Source: Leptospiraceae bacterium
GTDB lineage: Bacteria; Spirochaetota; Leptospiria; Leptospirales; Leptonemataceae
Assembly: GCA_040217195.1 (NCBI GenBank)
Contig: JAVJNR010000003.1
Location: 512,001 to 576,000 of the forward strand
Direction of reading: 5' to 3'
DNA length: 64,000 nucleotides
A program made the translations under genes and the position numbers. This document shows, in pieces, positions 39,048 through 49,620 of this stretch. How positions within the stretch are numbered: position 1 is the first letter of the stretch; every line of letters begins with the position of its first letter. The notes beneath the pieces were generated by a model, which was not told the DNA's origin, searched no databases, and saw only the letters and a program-made list of their open reading frames with translations.

Positions 39048-42000
39048 CTACTCAGACCCGGCTGCAGCCGATCGTATTCCCTGATTCTGCAAAATTTCTT
39101 GAATAAGGGCACTATTGGCACCTTTATCCCTGGCATGAATTGCATATTGAAGGGCCTTTTCCGCATTATCTATCTTGTAATGACACTCGGCGATATTCGC
39201 AATGTACATCGCTTCATTCGGGACTTCAGAAGCGGCCCTTTCGAAATAGGGAATAGCTCGGGCCGGCTCCTTGAGCTCATCGTAAGCACAGCCGGTCAAG
39301 TTATACAATCTGGCAAGCCCGGCCCGATCGCCGGTGGCCTTCTGGTAGAAATCCTCTGCCTGAACCAGATAGGCCTGAACACCTTTTTCCAGCCAGATTA
39401 ACCGAGCCTTTAGAAAATATGCCTGTCCCATGGAAGAGTCCATGGAAAGAACTGCATCGCATTTCTGATTGGCCTGCAAATAATTCTTTTCTTTAACATC
39501 ATTCCAGGCAGATTGCAGTAAGGACAGCAACCCTTTCTGTCGCAAATCCCGGAAGCTTTCATTCTCTGGCAATCGATGCTTCTGTTTATCAAGTGCCTCA
39601 AAAAGCATGGTCGAGGATTCAGCTATGGACGGATCCTGCAGAATGCGCGAAAGTACGTAATCCAGAAATCGCAGCGCCATGGTTAGATCTGAAGAATACT
39701 CCTCTGATTCAATTTGCAGGTTCTGCACCAGTGCAGCCAGAACTCTGGCCTGGTATTTCTCTCGATTGCCTGACTCTTTCTCTCCAAGGTCAAGAAATCT
39801 GGACCACAGTGTTTCCCAGGATTTCTTGTAGGGCTCTGGTTTCCATAGAGGATCATATAAAGGTAATCCATCCCCTTTTTCTATGAGACCTAATCGTTCA
39901 TTCATGGCCTGACACTTCAACGTTCTTTCAAGACGAAGAGCAAACACCTCGGCATCCTCTGTATCATCGTCTCTGCCAAAGCTAAAGGATGTGCTTTCAA
40001 GATAATCCCTAGCGCCCCGGTTATGCTCCTCCAGAAAAGAGATGGAGGGCGGTTCGCCCAGAGTTGTCAGCATTTGCCAGTAAGGTGCAAGAGTATCTAC
40101 ATTGTTTCTTGCCTCCGTTAGCTGCTGCAGCTTCTTGCGAATCAATTCAGCATGAGGCTTAAGAAGTTTATCCGGCACCAGGGAAAGGTCTGGATACTGA
40201 AGACCACCTGGGGCATCTCCTCTGAATTGATAATAATGGAAATAAGGATCCTCCAGCGTTTTCTGCACATAGTTCTGTAAAGCCGGATGATTCCATTGTT
40301 GCAATCTAAAGGCCAGTATTGCACCTAAATCTCCTCCAATCTCTGCCAGAGTTGCCTTTAGTATGGACAGCTCCAGATCGTCTGGTTCGTCTTTCCACAG
40401 ACGCGAAAGCAAAATGAAAAAGTAGTTTGGATTGATATCATCCTTCTTAACAGGCAGCAATTCGCTTAAATCAGCCTGTCGAACCCGGGTAGCATCAAGC
40501 TCTGGAAGATGTCCGGTTATTCCAGCAAAGAAAATACGCCTGACCAGTTCTTCATCTTTGATTCGAGAGATGGCCCGCACGGCGGCCAGAGGAATATCAA
40601 AAGAATCATCCCCGCCATCCGGTGATTCCTCAAGGGAAATATTCAGGAGCTCCTGAAGCACTTCATCATTGTCCAGTGCTTCCTCTCGTAGAGAGTTCCA
40701 TAAGTTCTTATTCTTCGTAGCCAGAATTTCACGAGCTGACTGTGGCACCGAGGCGTTTTCTGTTGCTGCGCGCAACGGTTCCCATTTTCGCCCCTTAACT
40801 GTAATCTCCGAAAAGTAGGGATCTGCCAGAGCGACGCTATCAGGAATTCTTCGGGCAATACTTACCATCACACGACCTGCAGCCCATTCCAGAACTAGCT
40901 TATGAGATAGAAAGAATTTGGCCAGGCCTTCCGGATCCGCCTGCACAATCGTACCATCTTGAAAATCCGGCAAATCTCTGGAGTAAAAGAGATGCTTTTC
41001 AACCAGGGGCTGTGCATTCACGGAGGGAATACTTGATGGTGCAATCAAGCGAAACTCTGCGCCATAAGATTCCAGCACTACCGACAGACCGCCGATGGGC
41101 GATGTGGAGTTCTCTGATTCCTGAAACTCAACTAGTATATTCTCTATCGCTTCTTCCAGGACTCTCTGAGCATTCCGGGTGGGTTTCTGGATAACCGGCA
41201 TGCTCGTATAGAATCGGATTTCGTCGCGACTAACAGTGACCAGGTTATCTTCGCAGAGCATGTTACTCAGTGGATAGACACTACGGGTCGGAAACTCCCT
41301 CTCCTTATCCATTACGTTTCGCCAGATCTTGACTGTTGCTTGATTTTCTTCCGGGGCTATCACCTGTCGCAACAACCCCATAGAATCTCCGGAGGCAAAC
41401 AGCCCGGGAATTTCGATTTCGGATCCATCGGCTCCGTCTCTCTGGAAGACCCGGAGCGCGGCATGGTCCCGGCAAATATAATCAACGGGCACAGGACGCA
41501 CTGGGTCGCTTATATCATACAAATAGTCCGCCAGCATGAAGTGATCCCAGTAGGAAATATGGTGAGGTTCAGAGCTGGAAAATGGCGCCATACGACTCTT
41601 ACACTCAGGAGAGGACGGATTCGAAATATCAAAACAAATAACGTCATTTGAACCAACATAGAGTGTATTTCCATGACCTGAAATGAAGTACACAGAATTA
41701 CCAGACCGCTGAAACAATGTCCGCGATAGAGGTTTTTCGCAGGATTCTCCAATAAGAAAAACCTCCAGGGCCGGTCCCGCAATAGCGTATAGATGCCCTT
41801 CGTGCACTCCAAGGGCCGTGTATCGGGATTCTCGATTCGAATTACCGTAGGCAGCAGTCAATTCGAATGAATCATTTCCCAGGCTATACTCCAAGATCTG
41901 GATTCCGTCATACCGCATAACGAATATTTGATCTTCGAATAAACAAAAGGAATACTCAGCTTCGTTTTCCAGAGCGATGGTTTGGATCGTATTCAGGGAT

Positions 42001-43805
42001 TTGTTTTCCAGGCCTACTTCCATCAATTCCAGCCGATTTTCTCTGTGCAAGATCAGCCGTCGCGGGTTCAGAAAATCGGCCCATCTTATTCTCTCATATT
42101 CAAATTCAGCCTGCCAGACGAACTCCAGTTCATCCAGAGAGGGTTCAGGATTCAGGCACTCCTCTTTTTCTTCTCCATTCAGGGTTTCGAGCTTCAGTCT
42201 TTCTACAATCTCTTCAGATTTCTTTCTCTCCTCCTCCATTTCTTCCCAGGCCTGTTGCAAAGCCCGGTCCACTTTCAGCTCGGTAGATGCGATTTCGGAC
42301 AGAAAGCTTTCCGTGAAATCGACTCTGCGCAACACAGTCACCGCCTCCTTGCTTCGACCCAACGCTGACAGGACCAGGCATAGTGGAAACATACCGTAGT
42401 GCTGATCTCTGTACCCCTCTCGATCCTGCACAAAGGTCTGAAGCTCCTGTTCCAGAACTGCAAACTTTTGAGGAATCGATCTATACTCGCGTACCGCATG
42501 CAGCCACACAGATAATCGCAGCTCTCCCTTGATCGCTCCCTCTGATTCCAGTTTCGAGATTTTCTTATCATATTGCTGCTTTTTTCCAAGCACAGAGTAT
42601 AGATACAGCAATTCCGGATCGTAACTGGCAGATAAATGGTCGATTGCTTCGTATAATTTCAGGGAGCGAGAAAAGTCCCCATCTTTCATCGCTTTTTGAG
42701 CCCTGCGAATCAGTAGTCTATGTTTTTGAGAATATGTATCGGGCATGATACTGAGTGCAGCTTCCACTGCCTCCTCGCCCATTTCCAGAAGCTCCGACAT
42801 CTGATCGTAGCTTATCTTCAGATTGTATTTGATCAGAGAATCCAACCAGGTCTGAAAATTACCTCGATCCTTCACCGGATGCGGCATATTTTCCAGGTTG
42901 AGCTCCAGTTCTGGATTTTTCTTCAATAGGTCGCGAAAGCCATTCAGAAGTTCGGCTTCACTTTTATCGCCCCATTCTTCATGAACGTGTCCCCCATCGA
43001 TTCTCCAGTCTTCGAATTGATCCTCCATGCGAAAGATAAACTCAGATCCATCGGAGTCCATCCTTGCGTATCGCATATTTTTGGCATGGATAGTAGTGAC
43101 GCTGGAAATACTGCTATCGTCTTCTTCCCGAATACTTCCCTCCGGATAAAAAAGAGTGAATGCATTATCCTGGAACTTCAGAAATGGATAGGTCAGAATT
43201 GTATCTGGCAGATGAACCAGAGCAGGGAAGAATGGTCCCCGGCCCATCTCATGACAGAATGCGATTAAACCGTTATGGTCTTCGTTCGCATAGATCAGAC
43301 CTTTGCTAACAATGGGAACAATATGATCGAAATGTCCGGTAAGAGATATTGCAGCATCACTCAAACCAGCCTCTACTTCAGAGATCATTTCCTCGCGTAT
43401 GAGTTCAAGGCGCTGGCGCCAGGGACCCGATGGAACAGCATTCATGGGAATGGCCGGAGCCGTCTGACGGTATCGATTTTGCATTATTTTCAGGTGCCCC
43501 TGCTCTGCCTTTTTCAATGAAGCAATTCTGGAAGTTTGCAGCTTATCGCATGCATCCAACCATGAAGATATATCGATGTATCCAATGGGGTCCGTTTCCA
43601 GGTATTCCATATAGAGGAAATCATCATATTCGTTGTTAAAATGAATCGTCAGCGCACTTCGATCATCTGTGGGAGAGACCAGAAGCATCCTGAGCTCCCC
43701 GGGATCTATCAGCTTGCTTTTCATTGCTGCATGCACAGATAGCAGAAATTGTTCTTTGATGGAATCTCGGAGTTTGAGCGATGGCATGACAAACCCTGCC
43801 GGCAC
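39048..43805 (-). CDS. Large hypothetical protein with TPR segments and a central LVIVD-like beta-propeller
   Basis: 1585 aa; FDISNPSSP and YDISDPVRP repeats; C-terminal TPRs (YNLTGCAY.EL, NIAECHYK). Start is GTG 43805 or ATG 43787. Confidence 0.75.
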   Translation of the reverse strand: MPAGFVMPSLKLRDSIKEQFLLSVHAAMKSKLIDPGELRMLLVSPTDDRSALTIHFNNEYDDFLYMEYLETDPIGYIDISSWLDACDKLQTSRIASLKKAEQGHLKIMQNRYRQTAPAIPMNAVPSGPWRQRLELIREEMISEVEAGLSDAAISLTGHFDHIVPIVSKGLIYANEDHNGLIAFCHEMGRGPFFPALVHLPDTILTYPFLKFQDNAFTLFYPEGSIREEDDSSISSVTTIHAKNMRYARMDSDGSEFIFRMEDQFEDWRIDGGHVHEEWGDKSEAELLNGFRDLLKKNPELELNLENMPHPVKDRGNFQTWLDSLIKYNLKISYDQMSELLEMGEEAVEAALSIMPDTYSQKHRLLIRRAQKAMKDGDFSRSLKLYEAIDHLSASYDPELLYLYSVLGKKQQYDKKISKLESEGAIKGELRLSVWLHAVREYRSIPQKFAVLEQELQTFVQDREGYRDQHYGMFPLCLVLSALGRSKEAVTVLRRVDFTESFLSEIASTELKVDRALQQAWEEMEEERKKSEEIVERLKLETLNGEEKEECLNPEPSLDELEFVWQAEFEYERIRWADFLNPRRLILHRENRLELMEVGLENKSLNTIQTIALENEAEYSFCLFEDQIFVMRYDGIQILEYSLGNDSFELTAAYGNSNRESRYTALGVHEGHLYAIAGPALEVFLIGESCEKPLSRTLFQRSGNSVYFISGHGNTLYVGSNDVICFDISNPSSPECKSRMAPFSSSEPHHISYWDHFMLADYLYDISDPVRPVPVDYICRDHAALRVFQRDGADGSEIEIPGLFASGDSMGLLRQVIAPEENQATVKIWRNVMDKEREFPTRSVYPLSNMLCEDNLVTVSRDEIRFYTSMPVIQKPTRNAQRVLEEAIENILVEFQESENSTSPIGGLSVVLESYGAEFRLIAPSSIPSVNAQPLVEKHLFYSRDLPDFQDGTIVQADPEGLAKFFLSHKLVLEWAAGRVMVSIARRIPDSVALADPYFSEITVKGRKWEPLRAATENASVPQSAREILATKNKNLWNSLREEALDNDEVLQELLNISLEESPDGGDDSFDIPLAAVRAISRIKDEELVRRIFFAGITGHLPELDATRVRQADLSELLPVKKDDINPNYFFILLSRLWKDEPDDLELSILKATLAEIGGDLGAILAFRLQQWNHPALQNYVQKTLEDPYFHYYQFRGDAPGGLQYPDLSLVPDKLLKPHAELIRKKLQQLTEARNNVDTLAPYWQMLTTLGEPPSISFLEEHNRGARDYLESTSFSFGRDDDTEDAEVFALRLERTLKCQAMNERLGLIEKGDGLPLYDPLWKPEPYKKSWETLWSRFLDLGEKESGNREKYQARVLAALVQNLQIESEEYSSDLTMALRFLDYVLSRILQDPSIAESSTMLFEALDKQKHRLPENESFRDLRQKGLLSLLQSAWNDVKEKNYLQANQKCDAVLSMDSSMGQAYFLKARLIWLEKGVQAYLVQAEDFYQKATGDRAGLARLYNLTGCAYDELKEPARAIPYFERAASEVPNEAMYIANIAECHYKIDNAEKALQYAIHARDKGANSALIQEILQNQGIRSAAAGSE

Positions 43806-44065
43806 CGCTCGCTCTGTCCAGTGAAGTAAGGATAAAGTTTAGAAAACGATCAATTGATTTCAATAACCAATCGCTGTGCTAGAGACTCCGGATATTTAGA
43901 TACGAAGGCTCCTGACAGGACGTCGAAATTTGAACGGCAATCTTTCATCGGAGGGTTCTTTGTCATTTCCGCCAGAAGATTGCGAAAACGACAAAGAACG
44001 AAAGGGCTAAAGGGCTGGAAGAATCCAGAACAGGCGGCTCGCTACTGGATCAATTCAGCGCCGAA

Positions 44066-45553
44066 TCAGTTCAGTGCTTCTTTACTTTCCGAAAGTCCCA
44101 GAGATTCCATCACACCCACCACAAGCGTCTCTATGTTCCAGTTAGTGCGATCATGAGTCACTCCCAATCGCACAACGATCAACTCTTCATCCGGAAGAAT
44201 GATTACATTCTGACCATTGTATCCCGACATATAAAACATATTTTTGGGTAGGGACTGAAACCGTCTTTCCGGGATCAATTCCGGGTTATCTCTTCCTGCA
44301 TTCAGCCAGAGTTGAGCGCCGTACTGACCACCCGAGTCTTTCGCCGGAGTTCGCATATAATCCACCCATCCTGCCGGTAGAAGTCTCTTTCCATTCCAGA
44401 CCCCATCGCGTTGCAGAAGAAGACCTAGCCGGGCCCAGTCTCTTGCAGATGCATACATATAGCTGGATCCCACGAAAGTACCGGAAGGATCCGGTTCAAA
44501 ATAAACTGTATTCATTTCCAGCTCATCGAAGAGGCGTTGGCGAGCATAGGTCTGTGCATCATTGAGCGAACCTCCGGATATATCCCTCAGAATGCGGGCC
44601 AGAAGATTCGTATCGCCACTGGAATAGTACCATCGACTACCTGGTTCATACCCTACTGGCCGGGTGGCAGCATAGCCGGCCATGTCAGCGCTATTGTATA
44701 ACATTTCCGGTGCATCGTTAAAGGGTTGATATACTTCAGAAAAATCCAGTCCGGAAGACATATGCAGAAGATCGTTCGCCGTAATTCGGCTACGCTCTGG
44801 ATCCTCCTGCCATTCAGGTACACTGGCCGGTTCAGATATGTCCAGTTTTCCGTCCAGAACCATCATGCCGGCCAGGGTAGCCGTCGCCGTTTTAGACATA
44901 GACCAGCCCAGAACAGGGGTGTTCGCATCAAAACCATCTGCATATTGTTCTGCGATAATCTTGCCTTTATAGACTACTACTACAGCCTGGGTTTGCCTTC
45001 TTCCAGACTCCGGTTCGCTAAAGGCCCAGTCCAAAGCCTGTTTCAAGCGGGCAACGTCGATCCGAATCCCATCCTGTTCTACAATATTCTGAGTTTCCCC
45101 ACTACTCAATGTGTCCAATGCCTTACGAGTCTTTTCAGCGATGGAAGCCTGGCTACCCCGAGGCCATTCCACCATCGCCTCCATGCTTCTATCAAAAGAC
45201 AATCCACGGGATTGATTCAGCAGCTCCTCCGGTGTGGTCTTAACAGCCAGGGTGCAACCGACCTCCGGCCGAAAAACGGCAATGGTAGGACTGAACAATC
45301 CAAGGGTCACTGCGCGCACAGTTCGGTTTTCCGGGTTCAATTCATGAGATACCAGACTGAACAATGGGTTTGTAGGTTTTATCTCTTCATTGACGATCTG
45401 GTCCACATCCTCACGCCCGGAAACGAAGACCTGAGAACATAGATACTTTGCATAATAGCCGCTGCCTATGGGGGCCAGCATAGGAATTACAGTAAGCAAA
45501 ATTAGAATAATAGCCAGGGAAGCCCCCAGGCCTGCAATCTTCCACTTTTTCAT
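44066..45553 (-). CDS. Serine hydrolase, beta-lactamase class C/AmpC-like family
   Basis: WSMSKT (SxxK), LLHMSSGL, YSSGDT and SARDWARLG; N-terminal membrane anchor. Confidence 0.9.
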   Translation of the reverse strand: MKKWKIAGLGASLAIILILLTVIPMLAPIGSGYYAKYLCSQVFVSGREDVDQIVNEEIKPTNPLFSLVSHELNPENRTVRAVTLGLFSPTIAVFRPEVGCTLAVKTTPEELLNQSRGLSFDRSMEAMVEWPRGSQASIAEKTRKALDTLSSGETQNIVEQDGIRIDVARLKQALDWAFSEPESGRRQTQAVVVVYKGKIIAEQYADGFDANTPVLGWSMSKTATATLAGMMVLDGKLDISEPASVPEWQEDPERSRITANDLLHMSSGLDFSEVYQPFNDAPEMLYNSADMAGYAATRPVGYEPGSRWYYSSGDTNLLARILRDISGGSLNDAQTYARQRLFDELEMNTVYFEPDPSGTFVGSSYMYASARDWARLGLLLQRDGVWNGKRLLPAGWVDYMRTPAKDSGGQYGAQLWLNAGRDNPELIPERRFQSLPKNMFYMSGYNGQNVIILPDEELIVVRLGVTHDRTNWNIETLVVGVMESLGLSESKEALN

Positions 45554-45725
45554 ACACTCTCCTGTTCACAATTCCTGTATCGAATTATGATTGAACAGAC
45601 TTCGTTCCAGAGGTAGGTTCTGTCGAGTTCTATATTTCCTGGTTTGGATTCTCTTCGTGCAGCAATTGGTTGCCGTTCTGGCTTCCTCCTGTAAGCTGCT
45701 CTCCAAACCAGTTCGGGAAAACAAA

Positions 45726-46598
45726 ATGAATTATCTAGTAGTTGGCGGAAATGCAGTACTTGGGCAACAATCCATTGCGGCTATTCGAAAAGGGGATTCT
45801 AAATCCCACATTATTGGCACCACTTCTTCGCAGGGAGAGGTTTCCGGAGCAGACATTACTATAGCAGAAATAAACCTGCAGGACCCGGCATCGATTCAGC
45901 GAGTCATCCAGGCAATTGAACCAGGGACTCTGGAAGCTATCGTATATGTTCCTGCAAGAGGTCCTGTAGGCAAACCGGTGCAGTATGCGAATAAATCGGA
46001 ATATCTGGAAAGCATCTCATTTTCCGTTATTCCAATGCTTCGCCTCACCGGAGCATTGTCGCCCAGAATTGCACTCTGGTTTTCCGGATTCATGTGGCTT
46101 GAGCCTTTGATGATGCTCTATGGACCCATGATTTATACAAAGATCACCATGGAGCAGATTACGCTAAAGCATCCGGACAGATTTAAATGCGTGCGATATG
46201 GAATGTTTGTTAGCAATTCAGCACGTGGAATTTCTATTCTATCTCAGAAGGCCATTACGTCCGGTCAGTATCCAGAACAAGAATCCTACCGAAAGGGTTG
46301 GAAAGAATCTGGAAAGAAGTTCAAGGATTACTTCGCATCCATTAATGGGGCTGAAGAAAAGCGATTACTGGGACCTCTGGCAAAGTCCAGCGCGCCCTAC
46401 CGACCGCTGGAATCTGAAGACTTGCAGACCGGAGTAAGTAAAGCGCTGTTTTCCGAGACCGCCCCCATACTCAATGTTGTGGGCGACTGGTACTGGGAAG
46501 ATGACAGTCTTCCTGAATGGCCTGCCGAGGTGGAGGCTAAAATGGATTTGATAGATGAAACCCTGGATCGCTATTTACTCAATCCGCAGCTTGATTGA
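45726..46598 (+). CDS. Hypothetical protein with Rossmann-like N-terminus
   Basis: YLVVGGNAVLG glycine-rich start after ATG 45726; SDR-like length. Confidence 0.65.
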   Translation: MNYLVVGGNAVLGQQSIAAIRKGDSKSHIIGTTSSQGEVSGADITIAEINLQDPASIQRVIQAIEPGTLEAIVYVPARGPVGKPVQYANKSEYLESISFSVIPMLRLTGALSPRIALWFSGFMWLEPLMMLYGPMIYTKITMEQITLKHPDRFKCVRYGMFVSNSARGISILSQKAITSGQYPEQESYRKGWKESGKKFKDYFASINGAEEKRLLGPLAKSSAPYRPLESEDLQTGVSKALFSETAPILNVVGDWYWEDDSLPEWPAEVEAKMDLIDETLDRYLLNPQLD

Positions 46599-46662
46599 TT
46601 CATCTATTGCATGCATGTAATTTGAATTGCCAGAGCTACTGAGCCTTCGGAATAAACCAGCC

Positions 46663-47877
46663 ATGCCTGATATCAACCTCTCATCAATCAAGGAAGCTGC
46701 CAGAAGGCTGGATGGGGCTATATTAAATACACCCTTTCAGCACTCCAGGACCCTATCCGAGCTTTGCGATGCAAATGTATGGCTTAAGTTTGAGAATCAT
46801 CAGTTCACTGCCTCATTCAAGGAAAGAGGCGCACTGAATAAATTGTTAAATCTGTCTGAGGAAGAAAGATCCCGAGGAGTGGTAGCCATGTCTGCTGGTA
46901 ACCATGCTCAGGGTGTTGCCTATCATTGTCAGAGGCTCGGTATTCCTGCGACAATCATCATGCCAAGGTATACTCCTTTGAATAAGGTGCGTCATACTCG
47001 AAACTTTGGAGCGAATGTAGAACTGGCGGGAGATAATGTGGATGAGTCTTTCGCCGTTGCACGGCAACGAATGGATGAAAGGGATTTAACTCTGGTACAT
47101 CCATACGATGACATTCATGTCATTGCAGGACAGGGAACAGTGGCCCTGGAGATGCTCGAGCAGGAACCAGATCTGGATGCACTGATCATACCGATCGGTG
47201 GTGGCGGACTGATCTCTGGAGTTTCCATCGTTGCCCATTCCAGAGAAATCCAGGTCATTGGTGTTCAGAGTGATGCCTACCCTTTCGCTTACAATGCATT
47301 CTATGGAGAAGAGCTCAGCCCTGCAAGCCCGGCCACCATTGCCGAAGGTATCGCAGTGAAGTCTCCGGGAGTGATAACCATGGAAATCATTCGGCAGAAT
47401 GTAAAAGATATCCTGCTGGCTCCGGAACGAGAGATCGAGCGAGCAGTGGCTCTACTGGCAAGTGTGGAAAAAACTGTGGCCGAAGGAGCCGGCGCAGCCT
47501 CACTGGCCGCGTTGATATCTCCTCAACATGCGCATAGATTCAAGGGTAAAAAGGTTGGAATCATTATCTGCGGCGGTAATATCGATGAACGAATTCTGGC
47601 ATTTGCCTTACTGCGAAGTCTGGCCAGAGATGGCCGATTGATCCGCCTTCGGCTGGAGATTACAGATGTACCCGGGGAGCTGGCACGGATCAGCGCTCTG
47701 ATCGCCAACTGCGAAGGTAATATCGTAGATGTTGCGCACCATAGAATCTTCTCTGCACTCTCAATTAAAAGCGCCGATCTGGATCTTACCATAGAGACTC
47801 GAGACTCGAATCATAGAGATGAGATTCTGGATACGGTGGCTTCGGCTGGATTTAAAGCGAGACTGCTGGATATCTGA
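46663..47877 (+). CDS. ilvA: Threonine ammonia-lyase with C-terminal ACT domain
   Basis: SFKERGA (PLP lysine), SAGNHAQG, GQGT, GGGGLI, GGNID and ACT motif DVPGELA. Confidence 0.9.
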   Translation: MPDINLSSIKEAARRLDGAILNTPFQHSRTLSELCDANVWLKFENHQFTASFKERGALNKLLNLSEEERSRGVVAMSAGNHAQGVAYHCQRLGIPATIIMPRYTPLNKVRHTRNFGANVELAGDNVDESFAVARQRMDERDLTLVHPYDDIHVIAGQGTVALEMLEQEPDLDALIIPIGGGGLISGVSIVAHSREIQVIGVQSDAYPFAYNAFYGEELSPASPATIAEGIAVKSPGVITMEIIRQNVKDILLAPEREIERAVALLASVEKTVAEGAGAASLAALISPQHAHRFKGKKVGIIICGGNIDERILAFALLRSLARDGRLIRLRLEITDVPGELARISALIANCEGNIVDVAHHRIFSALSIKSADLDLTIETRDSNHRDEILDTVASAGFKARLLDI

Positions 47878-47909
47878 CAACTCCTGGTAGACTTTCTGTA
47901 TTACAGAAT

Positions 47910-49541
47910 CTACTTCTCGGGATCGCCCTCACGAAGGAGCACTCGTAACCTTTCCAGATCGATCGGCTTAGTTAGGATCTCTTTGAATCCAGCCGACCTT
48001 GCATCGTTGGCCACTTCTGATCCTGAATGGGCCGTAACCAGTATATAGGTCTCTTCCTCCGGTCGGTTCCTCAGGGAACGAAGGAAGTCAGCGCCGGTCT
48101 GCTCGCCAAGTTCAAAATCCAGAAATACATAGTCATATTGATTGGATCTCAAAAAATCATTCGCTTCAGAAAGATCCGTGGCGCGATGGATCTGAAAACC
48201 CATTCTGCTCAAGAGGTTTTCCATTACAAGACAACTCACCGGATCATCGTCTACAATGAGGGCCAAACCGTAGTGCAGAGTTTCGCTGGTCTGACTTGCC
48301 GTGAGTGCAGTGCGATCAACGGGCAATTCGATGTGAAACTCAAATCGGCTGCCTGTTTCTGCAAAATCAGAAGGACTGGAGGTGACTGAAATACTACCTC
48401 CCATTGATTCAGCCAATCTACGACTAAGGGCGAGACCCAGGCCGGTACCTCGGTGATTCCAGCCAGAGCTCTTGAGCTGGTTATATTCATCAAATATGCG
48501 CTCTCTTTGATCATCCGGAATACCCGGGCCGCTATCCTGCACTATGAATGCCATGGACAGAGTATTGCCTTCACTTCGCACAGAAAGCATTGCCTGCACT
48601 TTTCCCTGACCCGTAAATTTCACTGCATTTCCGATCAAATTATTTAGAATCTGGCCCATTCGCGTGGCATCTCCCAGAGCCCTCTGCTCCTGGCCTTCCT
48701 GGCTCCAGGTGAGATTTGTGCCCGATGCCTGTGCCTGTACCTGGTAGGTCTGCACCGCAAGATCTAAAACATGCGAAGGTAGAAAGGATTCACTTTGCAG
48801 CTCAAATCGCCCGGCTTCCATTTTGGATAGATCCAGCACTTCTGATATCAGGTTTAATAAAAATCTGCCCGATCGCCGGCCCACAGAAAGGAGCTCCATG
48901 CGACGATCCGCATCCTCCTCTGTCTGCAATAGATCCATTACCGGAATGATACCATTCAATGAATTCCGGACCTCGTGACTCATGGAATTGAGAAAAGCCG
49001 CCTTTTCCTCGTTGGCCAGCTCTAACTCTCGAAGCAGCGAAAGCTCCGTCTGTCTGGAAGAATAGGCAAAAAGACCGATTGCTCCTGTGGCCAGAAAAAA
49101 CAGATAGGAATGGATGTGTGCATTTTCCGCAGTGAGAAAAATAACCAGAACCGAAGAAGTTATAGCAACGGCCAGGTAGGCACGAATAAATGAGAGACTT
49201 CTGCTGGCAGAAATGGTTGAAGCGATAATCAGCGTTAGTCCGATGGTGTAACTTAATCCCAGCTCATTCAAATGACACAGAGCAAATGAGTAGACCAGAG
49301 TAAAAATATGTAGCAGCCCCATACCGTAGGGGATCAATCTTCGTAGAGAAGGGACCGCGGAACAAATAAACAGTAGAATACAGTAGATTCCAATAAGAAA
49401 CCGGAGAATGAGGCTGTCCTGAATTTCGAAAGACTCAAAATACTGATGGAAGAAGAATCCAAGAGGATACAGCAATGCATAACCCAGAAAAGGGGGATGC
49501 AAACGATCATAAGTATCAGTCGAACTCTTCGGCACGGCCAT
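47910..49541 (-). CDS. Membrane-bound hybrid histidine kinase/response regulator
   Basis: TM region, SHEVRN H-box, NAVKFT, DSGPGI and GTGLGL; C-terminal REC domain (VDDD, FLD, TKP). Confidence 0.92.
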   Translation of the reverse strand: MAVPKSSTDTYDRLHPPFLGYALLYPLGFFFHQYFESFEIQDSLILRFLIGIYCILLFICSAVPSLRRLIPYGMGLLHIFTLVYSFALCHLNELGLSYTIGLTLIIASTISASRSLSFIRAYLAVAITSSVLVIFLTAENAHIHSYLFFLATGAIGLFAYSSRQTELSLLRELELANEEKAAFLNSMSHEVRNSLNGIIPVMDLLQTEEDADRRMELLSVGRRSGRFLLNLISEVLDLSKMEAGRFELQSESFLPSHVLDLAVQTYQVQAQASGTNLTWSQEGQEQRALGDATRMGQILNNLIGNAVKFTGQGKVQAMLSVRSEGNTLSMAFIVQDSGPGIPDDQRERIFDEYNQLKSSGWNHRGTGLGLALSRRLAESMGGSISVTSSPSDFAETGSRFEFHIELPVDRTALTASQTSETLHYGLALIVDDDPVSCLVMENLLSRMGFQIHRATDLSEANDFLRSNQYDYVFLDFELGEQTGADFLRSLRNRPEEETYILVTAHSGSEVANDARSAGFKEILTKPIDLERLRVLLREGDPEK

Positions 49542-49620
49542 AGAATGATTGGTATCTTCTGCTCTAATAAAGATGGAAATTCAGGGATTCGTCAATTAAG
49601 AAACGGAGAAAGCATTGTGT

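Noticed and set aside
20895..44000. Integrative island or prophage at tRNA-Ser
   Set aside because: I found no integrase, transposase or phage gene and no duplicated tRNA 3' end (attR). TTCGAATCCTCTTG near 34516 does not match the tRNA-Ser end. The region is accessory-like but not a demonstrable mobile element.
43806..44065. Possible riboswitch or ncRNA in longer intergenic gaps (also 34500-34927 and 55255-55479)
   Set aside because: I could not match any known riboswitch consensus by eye; an Rfam cmscan would be needed.
44726..45442. 238-aa plus-strand ORF (and similar antisense ORFs such as 8352-9080 and 17729-18310)
   Set aside because: Antisense or alternate-frame shadows of well-supported genes, with no motifs.
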